Notes: generated by a model not told the origin, from the letters alone. A DNA stretch of 64,000 nucleotides from an uncultured Acidobacteriaceae bacterium (GCA_903828675.1 CAIKND010000213.1:29114-93113); one strand, 5' to 3'; positions 39,254-49,705 are shown, counted from the stretch's first letter. Numbers and translations: made by a program.

Positions 39254-40168
39254 CTATTCGAGAAAAATCTGCGCAGGCGCGGAGATTTGGACGTTCTTCT
39301 CCGAACTCTTGATCGAGAGAGTATGCAATTTCCGATCGGGTACTTGAGGAGGCACGACGTCAAGAACCCACTGCTTATGAATCGCATCGAACAAGAGCGG
39401 TACACCTTCCTCTAGTCTCTTGGGCCGGAAGGTCTGCCCACCAGTGTCGAGGCTGGCTAACTCCAAAAAGCGCCGGGCATGACGAGCTTCTGACGACCCC
39501 ATATCGGAGGGCCCAGTCTGCAAAGTGAAGATCGCAACCCCTTCTCGGATGGCGATATCTAAGGCTTCGCCGAGGTAGATTTTGCTAGCATTATCCTCCC
39601 CATCACTGATCAAGAAGATCACCCGACGAGGAGTTTCGGAATTTCCATGTTTGTTAAGAAGCTTCTGGCTGGCAAACGCAATCGCATCGTTGATTGCCGA
39701 CCCGCCGCAGGGTTCCACACACTCATGGGCTTGGCGCACTCCTGATTCGAGGGCTTGGCGCACTTCTGAGAGTTGCAGTGGTTTGCTGCTGGTAATTACC
39801 TGCTCATTGAAGACTAGCAAGTAGCCTTCATTCCGCTGTTCCAACAAACCTTGGAAGAGTTGAACCGCCGCATCCCTTATCGACGCGGCTTGCTTAGTTT
39901 CCGAATTGCTGGCGTCAACAAGCAATGCGAACCGCATCTTATCCGCGTTTGCTGAACGCGCAGAGGTTATCTGGGCGGCTTGTTTATCAATAGCGCCGCT
40001 CAGTTTTGACAGAGTAGGAATCGGCGAAGAATCATCCTTTCCCGATGCAGTTATGTAAATCTGAAGCGGTCGATTGGAGGAAGGGACTGATTGTGCCACC
40101 ATCGGATTCCGGCTTGCGATGCACAGGAGAAGCACACCGTAGAGTATGCCCAATGAGTGCTGGGGCAT
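39254..40168 (-). CDS. VWA domain protein
   Basis: LLVDASNS MIDAS-like motif, GGSAINDAI, IFLISDGEDNAS, DTGG; signal-like N-terminus from MPQH. Confidence 0.8.
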   Translation of the reverse strand: MPQHSLGILYGVLLLCIASRNPMVAQSVPSSNRPLQIYITASGKDDSSPIPTLSKLSGAIDKQAAQITSARSANADKMRFALLVDASNSETKQAASIRDAAVQLFQGLLEQRNEGYLLVFNEQVITSSKPLQLSEVRQALESGVRQAHECVEPCGGSAINDAIAFASQKLLNKHGNSETPRRVIFLISDGEDNASKIYLGEALDIAIREGVAIFTLQTGPSDMGSSEARHARRFLELASLDTGGQTFRPKRLEEGVPLLFDAIHKQWVLDVVPPQVPDRKLHTLSIKSSEKNVQISAPAQIFLE

Positions 40169-40557
40169 GACGCTTCCATCGTAACACCGGGTCAGGGAAA
40201 GGCAACGACACCCTCGGAGAGCTAATTGACCACAACCGCGTTCTGAGTGGGCGGGTGCCCAGGTCTCGATTTTGAGACCTGGGAATGCATAATCTCCGAA
40301 TAGCCTGTCCTTCGACAGAAACCCCAAAATTTGTCACGCAGGCGCATATTTCACGCTTTGGCGATTTACCGTCATTCCAGAAATGCATCGAGACGCAGCG
40401 TTGAATCGGCATAGGGGCGGCAGTCACCCGCCTCGGCTTGATCGTCAGTTGTTGCCTACAGCCCTTCCCATAAACCCACAGCTGTCCGCACATATTTTCC
40501 ATGCAACCGTTATCATCAAAGCTGATACTTCAGATTCGACGTATGAGAGGACCGCCG

Positions 40558-41043
40558 GTGCCAGTTTCTGCAAATCGTGTTTGGCGACAATTGCCAATTG
40601 AGACCCGAGTCGCCGTCTGCCAGATTTTTTGGGCTCAGTCAAAGGGCACAGAGAAGCAGTTTCTCATTGCATCTCTTGCAAAAGAGAAAAAACTGCGTGA
40701 GGTCTTTGTCCGCAAAAGCTCCATTGAGCGGCTGGTCAACTGGACTGCGGCAACCTTGTCATTTCCTGACCCGATCGTGGATGACCTGCTGAAGAAATAT
40801 CTTCTCCACGAGCATCGTGCCGTTATTGTCAGCTTTCTTGACTTGCTCAATATTCCCCATTCCGAGGGAATGATCGAGGAGAGCTTTGACTTCGCCACCC
40901 TGACAAATGAACGCGTTCAGGAGGCTGCCCGTAGCTTGCTCGCATCGGCAGATCGCACCGGCTCCGAACTTTACATGAAGTACCTCGTGCTTCAAGGTGG
41001 ACCCTGGGCTGGGATTGAAGCAGTCCTGCCAACCGGAGAGTAA
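40558..41043 (+). CDS. Hypothetical protein
   Basis: Open frame with protein-like composition ('FLDLLNIPHSEGMIE'); GAGAGGA RBS before GTG 40558. Confidence 0.6.
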   Translation: MPVSANRVWRQLPIETRVAVCQIFWAQSKGTEKQFLIASLAKEKKLREVFVRKSSIERLVNWTAATLSFPDPIVDDLLKKYLLHEHRAVIVSFLDLLNIPHSEGMIEESFDFATLTNERVQEAARSLLASADRTGSELYMKYLVLQGGPWAGIEAVLPTGE

Positions 41044-41289
41044 AAGCGGCTGACAACCTGTACCCTTCATCTCCTGTAGCACTAGCGTGCTCCAGGACTG
41101 GGAGTTCCGAGAGGTTAGCCGCCTACGCGAAGACAACTGCCCTTTTCACTTTTGTTCCCGCTCCGCGTTCAGCCACACTGTCAAAAACAGCAGTCGCTCA
41201 GCACCCCGCCCCTGCACTGACGTATCCTTCCATAAGGATTTGGCAAGCTGAACGCGAGGATTCCCCCCTCCAGGCCCAGGAGGTCCAGA

Positions 41290-42198
41290 GTGACCACAGC
41301 AATCGGCATCGTCATGACCGAGCACATTGTTGCCGGCAGATTTCAAGACCAGCGGCTCACCGGCCGTCTATTGCACTACCCAACGAACACCGACGAGGTG
41401 CACGCGCTGACGGCGATGCCGGGCAGCGACCTGGTAAACCTGCTGGCCACCCACATCGCCAGCCTGGCCGACAGCGCCGAAGGCCCGGTCGATGCCATCG
41501 GCGTCGCCGTACCCGGCATCATCCGCTACGGCATTATCGAGGACTCGCCCAACCTTCCCCAGATCAAGGGCATGCGGCTCGCGATGGAACTAACCAGGGT
41601 GCTGTCTGCCCGCGGCAACACGGCCCCCGTCCATGTGACAAACGACGCCGACGCCATCGCCGCAGGAGTCGCCGCCACGCGCGGCCAGCTCGACAAGCTC
41701 ACCCGCGTGTGGACCATCGGAAACGGCATCGGCTACGGCCGCTGGCCTTATGTGGAGGGCGTGTGGGAGGGCGGACACATCACCGTGACCCTCGACCCGA
41801 AGGAGCGTTTTTGCGGCTGCGGCGGACTGGGCCATCTGGAAGGCATCATGGGCTACCGCGCCATGCGCATGAGGTTCCTCGACCTGGAGCCGGAGGAAGT
41901 GTTTCTCAAAGGCCGCCAGGGAGATCCGCGCTGCAAGGAGTTCGTGGACTTGTGGCATCGCGCGCTGGCCGCCGCCACATCATCGTTCATTCACCTTGCC
42001 GGGCCAGGACGCTTTTACTTCACCGGGCACAACGTCGAGTTCCTTGACTTGGCCCTCTTGCGCAGCCACCTTGAAACCATGGTCAAGATGAGCCCATTGC
42101 AGAGCTTTTCCCTTGAGATCCTGCCACTGGACGACGAAATCGCCCTGCTGGGCGCGAGCGTTTCAGCGATTCGCGCGCTGACCGAGCGTTGCGCATGA
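41290..42198 (+). CDS. ROK family sugar kinase
   Basis: IGVAVPG, VTNDADAIAAG, TIGNGIGYG, EGGHITV...CGCGGLGHLEG. Confidence 0.88.
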   Translation: MTTAIGIVMTEHIVAGRFQDQRLTGRLLHYPTNTDEVHALTAMPGSDLVNLLATHIASLADSAEGPVDAIGVAVPGIIRYGIIEDSPNLPQIKGMRLAMELTRVLSARGNTAPVHVTNDADAIAAGVAATRGQLDKLTRVWTIGNGIGYGRWPYVEGVWEGGHITVTLDPKERFCGCGGLGHLEGIMGYRAMRMRFLDLEPEEVFLKGRQGDPRCKEFVDLWHRALAAATSSFIHLAGPGRFYFTGHNVEFLDLALLRSHLETMVKMSPLQSFSLEILPLDDEIALLGASVSAIRALTERCA

Positions 42199-42232
42199 AG
42201 AGCCAATAACCCGCAAAAACCTCGGCGTTTTT

Positions 42233-42260
42233 CTGTTCCCTATTCCCTGCTCCCTGCTCT
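42233..42260. repeat. Short tandem heptamer repeats
   Basis: GTTCCCT-ATTCCCT-GCTCCCT between convergent ROK and RDD genes. Confidence 0.55.
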
Positions 42261-43643
42261 TCAGTACTTCCGCATATAAGTCTTTGACAGGCGGTCGTGC
42301 CAGAACAGGTGGCTTTCGTCGAAGAGGGCCCACACAATCCCCAGGCCCACCGGCAGCAATGACAGCAGCAGCGCCAGCAGGCGCCCGCACCGACGCGCGC
42401 GGCTGGGTCGCCCGCCGTCGAAGGTGCACAGCGAAATGTGCGCATACTTCATGCCCGGCGTACCCTTGGCCAGAACGAAGAACAGCAACTGATAAAGTAC
42501 TCCGGCCAGGACCAGCGCTACCGCCCCGCCTATTTCTATCTCCCGCAGCGGAGGCAGTTCCGCCATGTTGTACGCCGTTGCCATGGCAGCCCCCACCACT
42601 GCGCCCATAATCAGCGTGCCATTCACCGTAATCGACAACAGCCGCCAGCCCAGCGTAGCCAGTTCAATCGGCGGAGCGGCGGCAGGCGCCGGATCTTCCA
42701 AAAGCTCTTCGTCATATTCAGCCTGCAGGCGCGTCTGCCGCTGGACGGCCGGCTCCATGGCCGGCAGCTCCGGCAGAGCCCACTCCGGTTCCTGCCAGTT
42801 GGGAACGGTCCACTCCGTTGCCAGGGTCTCGTCCGCAACCTCCGCCTGCACAGGTTGAATTGAAATGGTTCCGGGGTCCACCTCGAAGATGCTCAACTGC
42901 GCTCCGGGCTCGGCAACCGCAGCCAGGGGCCCTTCTTCGCGGCGAGGGCGAGCCTTGCGCGTAGCCACCAGCTCACGCGGAAATTCGATCAGGTTGGCGT
43001 GAATCGGCTGAGCCGGCTCCACCACCTCAATGGCTTCAACCGCAGTCTGAACCGGTTCCCGCCAGTCCTGCGGCTCAATCTCCGGCAGTTTGGGTCCATG
43101 CACCGCTCGGGCTTGCTCAGGTTCAACAGTATGCTCCGGAAAATCCGGCTCCCAGCGAATGGCGAACGGCTGCCTGTCCTCTACATTCAGAACCCGGCGC
43201 GCCTGGGCAATCTGCACTGTCTCGACGCGCACCGGCTCAGCAGCCAGCTTTACAGGCCGCTCAGGAACCGCCACGGGGGTACCCGGCCGTTCCCACACAG
43301 ACTCGGCGGCGGACACAGCTTCCAGTCCCGCCAGCACGGATTCCGCGGCGGCCTGCGCTTCCAGAGCGGCTCGCGAGGCGGCTTCCGCGGCTCGTACCGC
43401 TGCACGCGCATCGTCGGCCAGGATCTCGCTGTAGCTGGGCGCATTGGCGTAGCGGGCAGCCACCCGCGCAGCCGCGGCGGCGGCTTTGGCGTTGGCGCTA
43501 AGAGGTGCCTGCTGAAACAATTCCGGCTCTGCCGCGGATGAACCTTTGCGGTTCTTGTGTTCCGCGAGTCGCCGGTTCACTTCCTGCTTCCACGATGGTG
43601 AGAGGCTCGGCAATGTGCTCACAGTTTCTGTGTCCCTTCCCAT
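42261..43643 (-). CDS. RDD family membrane protein with long acidic/Pro-rich N-terminus
   Basis: C-terminal RDD: 'LGWRLLSITVNG...GTPGMKYAHI...WHDRLSKTY'; start uncertain. Confidence 0.8.
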   Translation of the reverse strand: MGRDTETVSTLPSLSPSWKQEVNRRLAEHKNRKGSSAAEPELFQQAPLSANAKAAAAAARVAARYANAPSYSEILADDARAAVRAAEAASRAALEAQAAAESVLAGLEAVSAAESVWERPGTPVAVPERPVKLAAEPVRVETVQIAQARRVLNVEDRQPFAIRWEPDFPEHTVEPEQARAVHGPKLPEIEPQDWREPVQTAVEAIEVVEPAQPIHANLIEFPRELVATRKARPRREEGPLAAVAEPGAQLSIFEVDPGTISIQPVQAEVADETLATEWTVPNWQEPEWALPELPAMEPAVQRQTRLQAEYDEELLEDPAPAAAPPIELATLGWRLLSITVNGTLIMGAVVGAAMATAYNMAELPPLREIEIGGAVALVLAGVLYQLLFFVLAKGTPGMKYAHISLCTFDGGRPSRARRCGRLLALLLSLLPVGLGIVWALFDESHLFWHDRLSKTYMRKY

Positions 43644-43901
43644 GCGGCAATTGACCCGGTTTGGAGGTCTTGCCGCAGCTTCGGCCCGCGACGGAAACCC
43701 AAATGCAAACGGGGCTTCGCGGACAAATGCTTTCAATGGAGGGAAGAGGGTCGCGGAAAAACAGGGGTGCGGTTCGGATCGTGAGACCCGTAGCCAGTGA
43801 GATCAACCCGATTTTGCCTGCTGCCAGAGCGTCGTGGAGCGCGTCTCAACCAAGGTGGCTCACTTTTGCTATGCTGAGCCTTGCAACTGTCTTGGTTAGG
43901 G

Positions 43902-46442
43902 ATGCGTCCTCGTAACTTAGTATGTATCACGCTGCTGGCCCTCTGTCACCTGCAACTTGGGGGGCAGGCGTTGACCAATGCGTTACCCCCTGCCACCCAG
44001 AGCACACCCGCACGCGATCAGGACGCTTCCACCGCAGCGCTTCCCGACGATCCCGGCCAGGAAATTCTCCCCGTCGCCGAGCCCGAGCCTATCCCGCCCG
44101 CCGGCGTGCCCGTGCGCTGGGAAGCCAGGCACCAGAACTGGGTCGGCAATACCCTTACGCTCGACGGGGATGTGGTCTTCCACTACCGCAACTACATCCT
44201 CAAGGCCGACAAGGTGGTTTACAACCAGTCCACTTCGCAGCTTGAGGCCGAGGGCCATCTCGAGATCTCCGGCGGCCCCACCGATGTGCTCATCAACGCA
44301 TCCCACGGCGACATGCGCCTCAACATGCACACCGCGCGCTTTTACAACGTCACCGGCTCGCAGGGCATCCACCGCGGCGGTCGCAGCGCGGTTTACTCCA
44401 CGTCGAACCCTTTCCTGTTCTCCGCAAGGGTGGTGCTGCAGACCGGCGAGGGCAACTACCGGCTCATCGATGGCACCATGACCAACTGCCGCCTGCCCAA
44501 GCCGGATTGGAAGGTAATCTCGCGCTCCATCAAGCTCGAAGATGGCACCGCCTCGACAACCAACTCCTTCTTTCAGTTTCTCGGTGTGCCACTCTTCTAC
44601 CTGCCCTATCTGCGCCACCCCATCGACGAGACCGGACGCGAGAGCGGTCTGCTGATTCCCGTGGTCGGCAACTCGTCCATCAAGGGTTTTATCGCCGGCG
44701 CGCAGGTCTACTGGGTTATCAGCCGCAGCATGGACATGGTGATTGGCGCCGAGTTGTTCAGCAGGCGCGGATGGGCGCCCAACGGCGACTTCCGCTATAA
44801 GGGCCGCGATCTTGACCACTTGGTGGTGCGCTGGAATGGCCTTCTCGACCGCGGCGTCATGCAGCAGATAGGCAATACCTATGCCGCATCGGGCGTGCAA
44901 TCCACCAATGGCGCCGCCGACCACCTCCCCGGCCCGGTGGGCTACCAGCTCGTCAACCAGGGTGGGGTGGATATTGTCGCCCAGGGCCGCAAAGATCTCA
45001 CGCCCCGCACTCATGCCGCCGGAACCGTCGAATACCTCTCCAGCTACCTTTACCGCCTCGTCTTCAACGACAACTTCACCCAGGCAGTCAGTTCACAGGT
45101 AACCAGCAACGCCTCGCTCACGCACGCCCATAACGGTTTTGTTCCGTCCATTTCGCTGGACCGCTTTGAGACCTTTGCCAGTTCCACAAACGGCGACGAG
45201 GCCAGGATCTTCCATCTTCCCAGCCTGCGCTACGACGTGCTTGATAGGCCCTTGGGCGCATCGCCCCTTTACTGGGGGCTTGGCTCCTCCGCCAGTTATC
45301 TCAGCCGCTCTGAGCCCCGTTTCCACGCCCGCAACGTGGGCCGCATTGACCTCTATCCGCATCTGTCGCTCCCCCTCTCCGCCGGCGGCTGGAGTGCTGT
45401 TCCTGAGATCGCTTTCCGCGATACCTTCTACACCATCAGCCAGACCCCCGACCTGGCCGACCTGCGCCACGGCGTCCCCACCATCAGCCACGACCCGCTC
45501 AATCGCATCGATGTCGAGGGGGTCCTGGATGTCCGTCCGCCGGCCTTGGAGCGCGACTTTGCGCTGACCCATTGGAACCGCGTGCTGCGCCATGTGATCG
45601 AGCCCGAGCTGACCTATCGCTACATCGGCGGCATTGGCGCACAGGCCCGTAACGTGCTCCTGGTCGACACCACCGACATTGCCACCAGCACCAACGAGGC
45701 GGGCTTCTCCATCACACAGCGCCTTTACATGCGCCCCACCGGCGAGCAACCCTGCACGCAGCAGGGAGCCAAGGTCCCCGGCGATTGCCCCGCCCCCCAG
45801 CGCGAGTGGGCCAGTTGGCAGATTGCCCAGAAGTTCTTCATCGATCCCAACTTCGCCGGCGCACTCATTCCCGGCCGCCGCAACGTCCTCGATTCCACTT
45901 TGGACATGAGCGGCGTGGCCTTCCTCATATCGCCCACCAATGTTGCCCCCATCACCTCGCGCTTGCGCTTTGAGGCCATCGACAATCTGCGCATCCAGTG
46001 GGATCTCGACTACGACCCCAAAGGCGGACAACTGAGCGCCGACAATCTTTTTGCCGGGTACAGCTTTGGCCGAACCACCATCGGCCTGGGCCACGCCCTG
46101 CTCAACGCCGTCGATGAGAGCCGCGGCTCCGCTTCCACCATCAAGAGCCAGCAGTTGCAGCCCTTCCTCGCCATCGGCAAGCCCACCAGCGTCGGTTTCA
46201 ACCTCGCCGCCAATGGCGGATACGACTTTGTGCTCGGACAGTTGCAATACGCCGGAATCCAGACCACCTATAACTGGGACTGCTGCGGCCTCACCCTCGG
46301 CTACCGCCGCTTCCAGCTTGGCTCGGTTCGAGACGAGACCCAGTATCTCTACAGCTTCACCCTGGCCAACTTCGGGTCCGTCGGTGACATCCGCCGCACC
46401 AACTCCGTCTTTCGCGACCCCTCCCTGCCGCCAGCCTATTAG
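43902..46442 (+). CDS. lptD: LPS-assembly protein LptD
   Basis: N-terminal jellyroll ('LKADKVVYNQST'), 'FFQFLGVPLFYLPYL', RESGLLIP, large beta-barrel, C-terminal WDCCG Cys pair. Confidence 0.88.
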   Translation: MRPRNLVCITLLALCHLQLGGQALTNALPPATQSTPARDQDASTAALPDDPGQEILPVAEPEPIPPAGVPVRWEARHQNWVGNTLTLDGDVVFHYRNYILKADKVVYNQSTSQLEAEGHLEISGGPTDVLINASHGDMRLNMHTARFYNVTGSQGIHRGGRSAVYSTSNPFLFSARVVLQTGEGNYRLIDGTMTNCRLPKPDWKVISRSIKLEDGTASTTNSFFQFLGVPLFYLPYLRHPIDETGRESGLLIPVVGNSSIKGFIAGAQVYWVISRSMDMVIGAELFSRRGWAPNGDFRYKGRDLDHLVVRWNGLLDRGVMQQIGNTYAASGVQSTNGAADHLPGPVGYQLVNQGGVDIVAQGRKDLTPRTHAAGTVEYLSSYLYRLVFNDNFTQAVSSQVTSNASLTHAHNGFVPSISLDRFETFASSTNGDEARIFHLPSLRYDVLDRPLGASPLYWGLGSSASYLSRSEPRFHARNVGRIDLYPHLSLPLSAGGWSAVPEIAFRDTFYTISQTPDLADLRHGVPTISHDPLNRIDVEGVLDVRPPALERDFALTHWNRVLRHVIEPELTYRYIGGIGAQARNVLLVDTTDIATSTNEAGFSITQRLYMRPTGEQPCTQQGAKVPGDCPAPQREWASWQIAQKFFIDPNFAGALIPGRRNVLDSTLDMSGVAFLISPTNVAPITSRLRFEAIDNLRIQWDLDYDPKGGQLSADNLFAGYSFGRTTIGLGHALLNAVDESRGSASTIKSQQLQPFLAIGKPTSVGFNLAANGGYDFVLGQLQYAGIQTTYNWDCCGLTLGYRRFQLGSVRDETQYLYSFTLANFGSVGDIRRTNSVFRDPSLPPAY

Positions 46443-46475
46443 GCCGTTTTCAACTCGATTGTGAAGAATTGATTA

Positions 46476-46594
46476 GGTGCCCCCGGTGCCTCGCTTTTGG
46501 GCACCGGGGATATCAATACGTTGGACGGCTGACCACCCTTGACCTCGACATCACAGTGCCCCATCCTTGAATCGCTCTTGATCCAAGGGTGGGA
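46476..46594. repeat. Two REP-like palindromes between lptD and the dsbA-like gene
   Basis: CCCCGGTGCC / GGCACCGGGG stem (46481-46509) and GTGCCCCATCC...GGGTGGGA copy (46556-46594). Confidence 0.75.
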
Positions 46595-46759
46595 GAGCAT
46601 AGGTCCCCATCTCAACCATCCGCCGCCTGACAGAACATGCTCTTGCGGGTTGCGTTTCACTCCCGTCCGCGTCCACTCACTGTGGGTGGTAGAAATCGTG
46701 CGCTTCGTCAGGTTCGAACCGTCCCCCGCTGGAGTATCCTTTCCAGAGAGGACTCTCAT

Positions 46760-47689
46760 TTGTCGCATATACGCTTAATGGCCGCCCTGCTGGCGGTTTG
46801 CCTTACCGCTGGGTGCAAAGCCCAGACCGCTGTCAATGACCCGTTGCTCCAGCGGCACATCGAGGTCATGGTCCGCTCCCAGTTCAACCTGCCCCCCAGC
46901 TTCGATGTAATCCTCGGCGCGCGCACACCCAGCCAGATGCCGGGCTATGACGCATTACCCGTTACGCTGACCCATGGAGCCAAGTCCCAGGTGGTCAACT
47001 TCCTCATCTCCTCCGACGGCAAGACGCTGGCCCGCCTGGAGACCTTTGACCTCTTGAAGGACCCGTCCTTCACCATCAATGCCGGCGGCAGGCCAGTCCG
47101 CGGAAATCCCGCGGCCAAGGTCACCATCATCAACTTCGACGACCTCGAGTGCCCTTACTGCGCCCGCATGCACCTGTCGCTGTTTCCCGCCACCCTGGAT
47201 CGCTACAAAGAAAAGGTACAGGTCGTCTACAAAGACTTTCCGCTCATGGAAATCCACCCCTGGGCCATGCATGCCTCCATTGACGCCAACTGCCTCGCGG
47301 CCCAGAGCGGCGATGTCTATTGGACCTACGTGGATTACCTTCACAGCCACGCCGAAGAGGTCAACGGCAAAGACCGGAATGCCTCCCAAAGCTTCGCGAC
47401 GCTTGACCGCATCGCCCGCCAGGAGGCCGTCCTGGGCAAACTGGACAGCGGCAGGCTCGACGCCTGCCTCGCCAAGCAGGACGAGACCCAGGTCCGCGCC
47501 TCGCTCAATGAGGGTCTCGCACTGGGACTCGAAGGAGCACCCGCTCTCTTTATCAATGGAGAGAGGATTCCCGGAGCCGTGCCGGAAGACCAGCTTTGGA
47601 TCGTGATCGACCGCGCTCTGCGTGCCGCGGGCGAACAGCCACCCCCCGCCCAAGCCGCGCCGACGCTCGCTGCGGGAGCCGGTAATTAA
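46760..47689 (+). CDS. DsbA-family thioredoxin-fold lipoprotein
   Basis: LTAGC lipobox, 'INFDDLECPYC', YKDFPL..IHPWA, GAPALFING. Confidence 0.88.
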   Translation: MSHIRLMAALLAVCLTAGCKAQTAVNDPLLQRHIEVMVRSQFNLPPSFDVILGARTPSQMPGYDALPVTLTHGAKSQVVNFLISSDGKTLARLETFDLLKDPSFTINAGGRPVRGNPAAKVTIINFDDLECPYCARMHLSLFPATLDRYKEKVQVVYKDFPLMEIHPWAMHASIDANCLAAQSGDVYWTYVDYLHSHAEEVNGKDRNASQSFATLDRIARQEAVLGKLDSGRLDACLAKQDETQVRASLNEGLALGLEGAPALFINGERIPGAVPEDQLWIVIDRALRAAGEQPPPAQAAPTLAAGAGN

Positions 47690-47773
47690 GAGCCGGTTTC
47701 TCTATCGCCGTACCGGCCTATGGATATATCCTTGGATGCCGGGGCCTTGTTCGGCCCCACAGGAGAGATCAGG

Positions 47774-48850
47774 TTGCAAGTGAAATCGATTTTCCGGAAT
47801 AGTTCCCGTTTTACCGTCCTTGTTGTTTTCAGTGGCGCCATCCTGGCTGCGGTGGCGGGATGCCATCGTTCGCCCACCGCGGACGTAATGGCCACCGTGA
47901 ACGGCAAGGATATTCTGCGCGCGGACCTGGAAAGATATTTCCAGGCAAGCCTCGGCGGCTCGCCCCAGAAGCCTTCAGATGAAGAGGCGGACATCCGGCG
48001 GCTCACCATTCTGCATGGAATGATTGAGGATGAGATTATCCAGCAGCGTGCCGCCAAGCTCAACCTGGCCGCTTCCGATGAGGACGTCAACGCCAAGCTG
48101 ACTGAGATCAAGGCGCCCTACACGCAGGAAGAGTTTGACAACCAGCTCAAGCAGCGCAACCTCTCTCTGGACGACTTCAAGCGCGACCTGCACCGCTCCC
48201 TCACCAAGACCAAGCTGATCAACAAGGAGATCGAGTCCAGAATCAACATCACGGACGGCGAAATCTCCAGCTACTATACGGCCCACAAGGCCGAGTTCAA
48301 TTTGATCGAGCCCCAGTATCATCTGGCGCAGATCGTCGTTACCAGCGGTCCCACCCAGCAGGCCGGCAACCTGCAGAACAACAAGGCATCCGGCGATGCC
48401 GACGCCAAAAAGAAAATCCAGACGCTGCACAGCCGCCTCGAAAGCGGCGAAGACTTTGGCGCCCTGGCCATGAACTTCTCAGAGGACTCGAACACCAGTT
48501 CCAATGGCGGAGACATGGGCTTTGTTGCCGAGTCGGCCCTGCACGGCGCGCCGGAAGTATACGATTCGATCAGCAAGCTCAAGCCGGATCAGTTCACCGG
48601 CGTTCTGCCCATCAACGACCCCTCCGGGCCCGCTCACAAGACCATCGGCTATGCCATCTACAAGCTGATCGCGCATGAGCCCGCCGGGCAGCGCGAATTG
48701 AATGACCCCCGCGTACAGCAGGCCATTCACAAGCTCCTCCACGACAGCCGCGCGCAGTTGCTCCAGAACGCTTATCTGGAAATGCTCCACGACGAAGCCA
48801 AGGTACACAACTACCTTGCCGACCGTATCCTCAAGGACGGCGCGCGCTAA
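47774..48850 (+). CDS. SurA/PrsA-like peptidyl-prolyl isomerase lipoprotein
   Basis: AVAGC lipobox, SurA N-domain 'VMATVNGKDI', parvulin 'DFGALAMNFSED...NGGDMGF'. Confidence 0.85.
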   Translation: MQVKSIFRNSSRFTVLVVFSGAILAAVAGCHRSPTADVMATVNGKDILRADLERYFQASLGGSPQKPSDEEADIRRLTILHGMIEDEIIQQRAAKLNLAASDEDVNAKLTEIKAPYTQEEFDNQLKQRNLSLDDFKRDLHRSLTKTKLINKEIESRINITDGEISSYYTAHKAEFNLIEPQYHLAQIVVTSGPTQQAGNLQNNKASGDADAKKKIQTLHSRLESGEDFGALAMNFSEDSNTSSNGGDMGFVAESALHGAPEVYDSISKLKPDQFTGVLPINDPSGPAHKTIGYAIYKLIAHEPAGQRELNDPRVQQAIHKLLHDSRAQLLQNAYLEMLHDEAKVHNYLADRILKDGAR

Positions 48851-48870
48851 AGTACGCCCTCCAGAACACC

Positions 48871-48909
48871 GCCTCATGCGCTTCGATCCAACGCGCATGA
48901 GGCATTTTT
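48871..48909 (+). terminator. Intrinsic terminator after the surA-like gene
   Basis: 11-bp stem GCCTCATGCGC / GCGCATGAGGC followed by ATTTTT. Confidence 0.85.
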
Positions 48910-48982
48910 ATGCCCGCTGCAGCCAGAATCAGCGGCAATTCAACCCCGGAGTCGTCCTCGCGAATTACCGCAAAAGTGCTCC

Positions 48983-49059
48983 GTGCCCCATCCACTCCCG
49001 CGTTCTTTTGCGGGAATGGGTGGGAAGATGATGCCATTGCTTTGTTGCAGGATCAATAA
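48983..49059. repeat. Partial copy of the 96-bp element / REP-like palindrome
   Basis: GTGCCCCATCC...GCGGGAATGGGTGGGAAGATGA...TTGCAGGATCAATAA shares the hairpin and right end with 35464-35559. Confidence 0.75.
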
Positions 49060-49243
49060 GGCCGACCGTCCCAAGTGGCATAAAGCCGCCTCGTCGAGCA
49101 TCACCCGCTGACCCGCTGACTCGCTATCCCTGCGCAGCAGGGGCTGACTTGCTGACTTTCAACCGCGCCGCTCGAATGATTGATCGCGCAGCCCCACGGT
49201 ATCCCTATTTCTTATCTAAGCAGACACAATAGACGGACATGAA

Positions 49244-49389
49244 AGGCTGCGGAAAAACTCCTATCAAGGGACTGTTTTGAAGGGGCACGGCTTCAGCCGT
49301 GCCGTAAGTGGTTGAAAATACATGAGGGCTTTAGCCCCTGAGGTATGCTTCTCCGGCTTTTCCCAGAAATCAGGCCCTTTCCGCAGCCT
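49244..49389. mobile_element. 146-bp MITE-like element
   Basis: 12-bp perfect terminal inverted repeats AGGCTGCGGAAA / TTTCCGCAGCCT; internal palindromes GGCACGGCTTCAGCCGTGCC and GGGCTTTAGCCC. Confidence 0.8.
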
Positions 49390-49651
49390 CTTTAGCCCCC
49401 GAGCGGGACATGAGATTCTGCTCATACGCCGCCAATAATCCCGTGCACGAAATGAAAAGTCCTAACAACAAAAATGCCACTTGTTTTCAAGGCGCTGAAT
49501 GTAAATAACTTAACCGCCTTCTCGATTGCAGAGAATTAACCCCATTGGGCGCACAATATTCATAGAGGACAAAAGATGAAGGTACGCCGTGGATTGCAAG
49601 CCCAATCAAGCCCCGCTCGAACTGCGCAGGCCACCTAGCTGGCACACACCA

Positions 49652-49705
49652 CCCACCCCCCTCCCACCCCATCCCTCCCTACCCACCCCCCCCCTCCCTG
49701 CACCC
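49652..49705 (-). other. G-quadruplex/i-motif-capable tract
   Basis: Ten runs of three or more C on the plus strand within 54 bp, i.e. ten G-runs on the minus strand. Confidence 0.7.
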
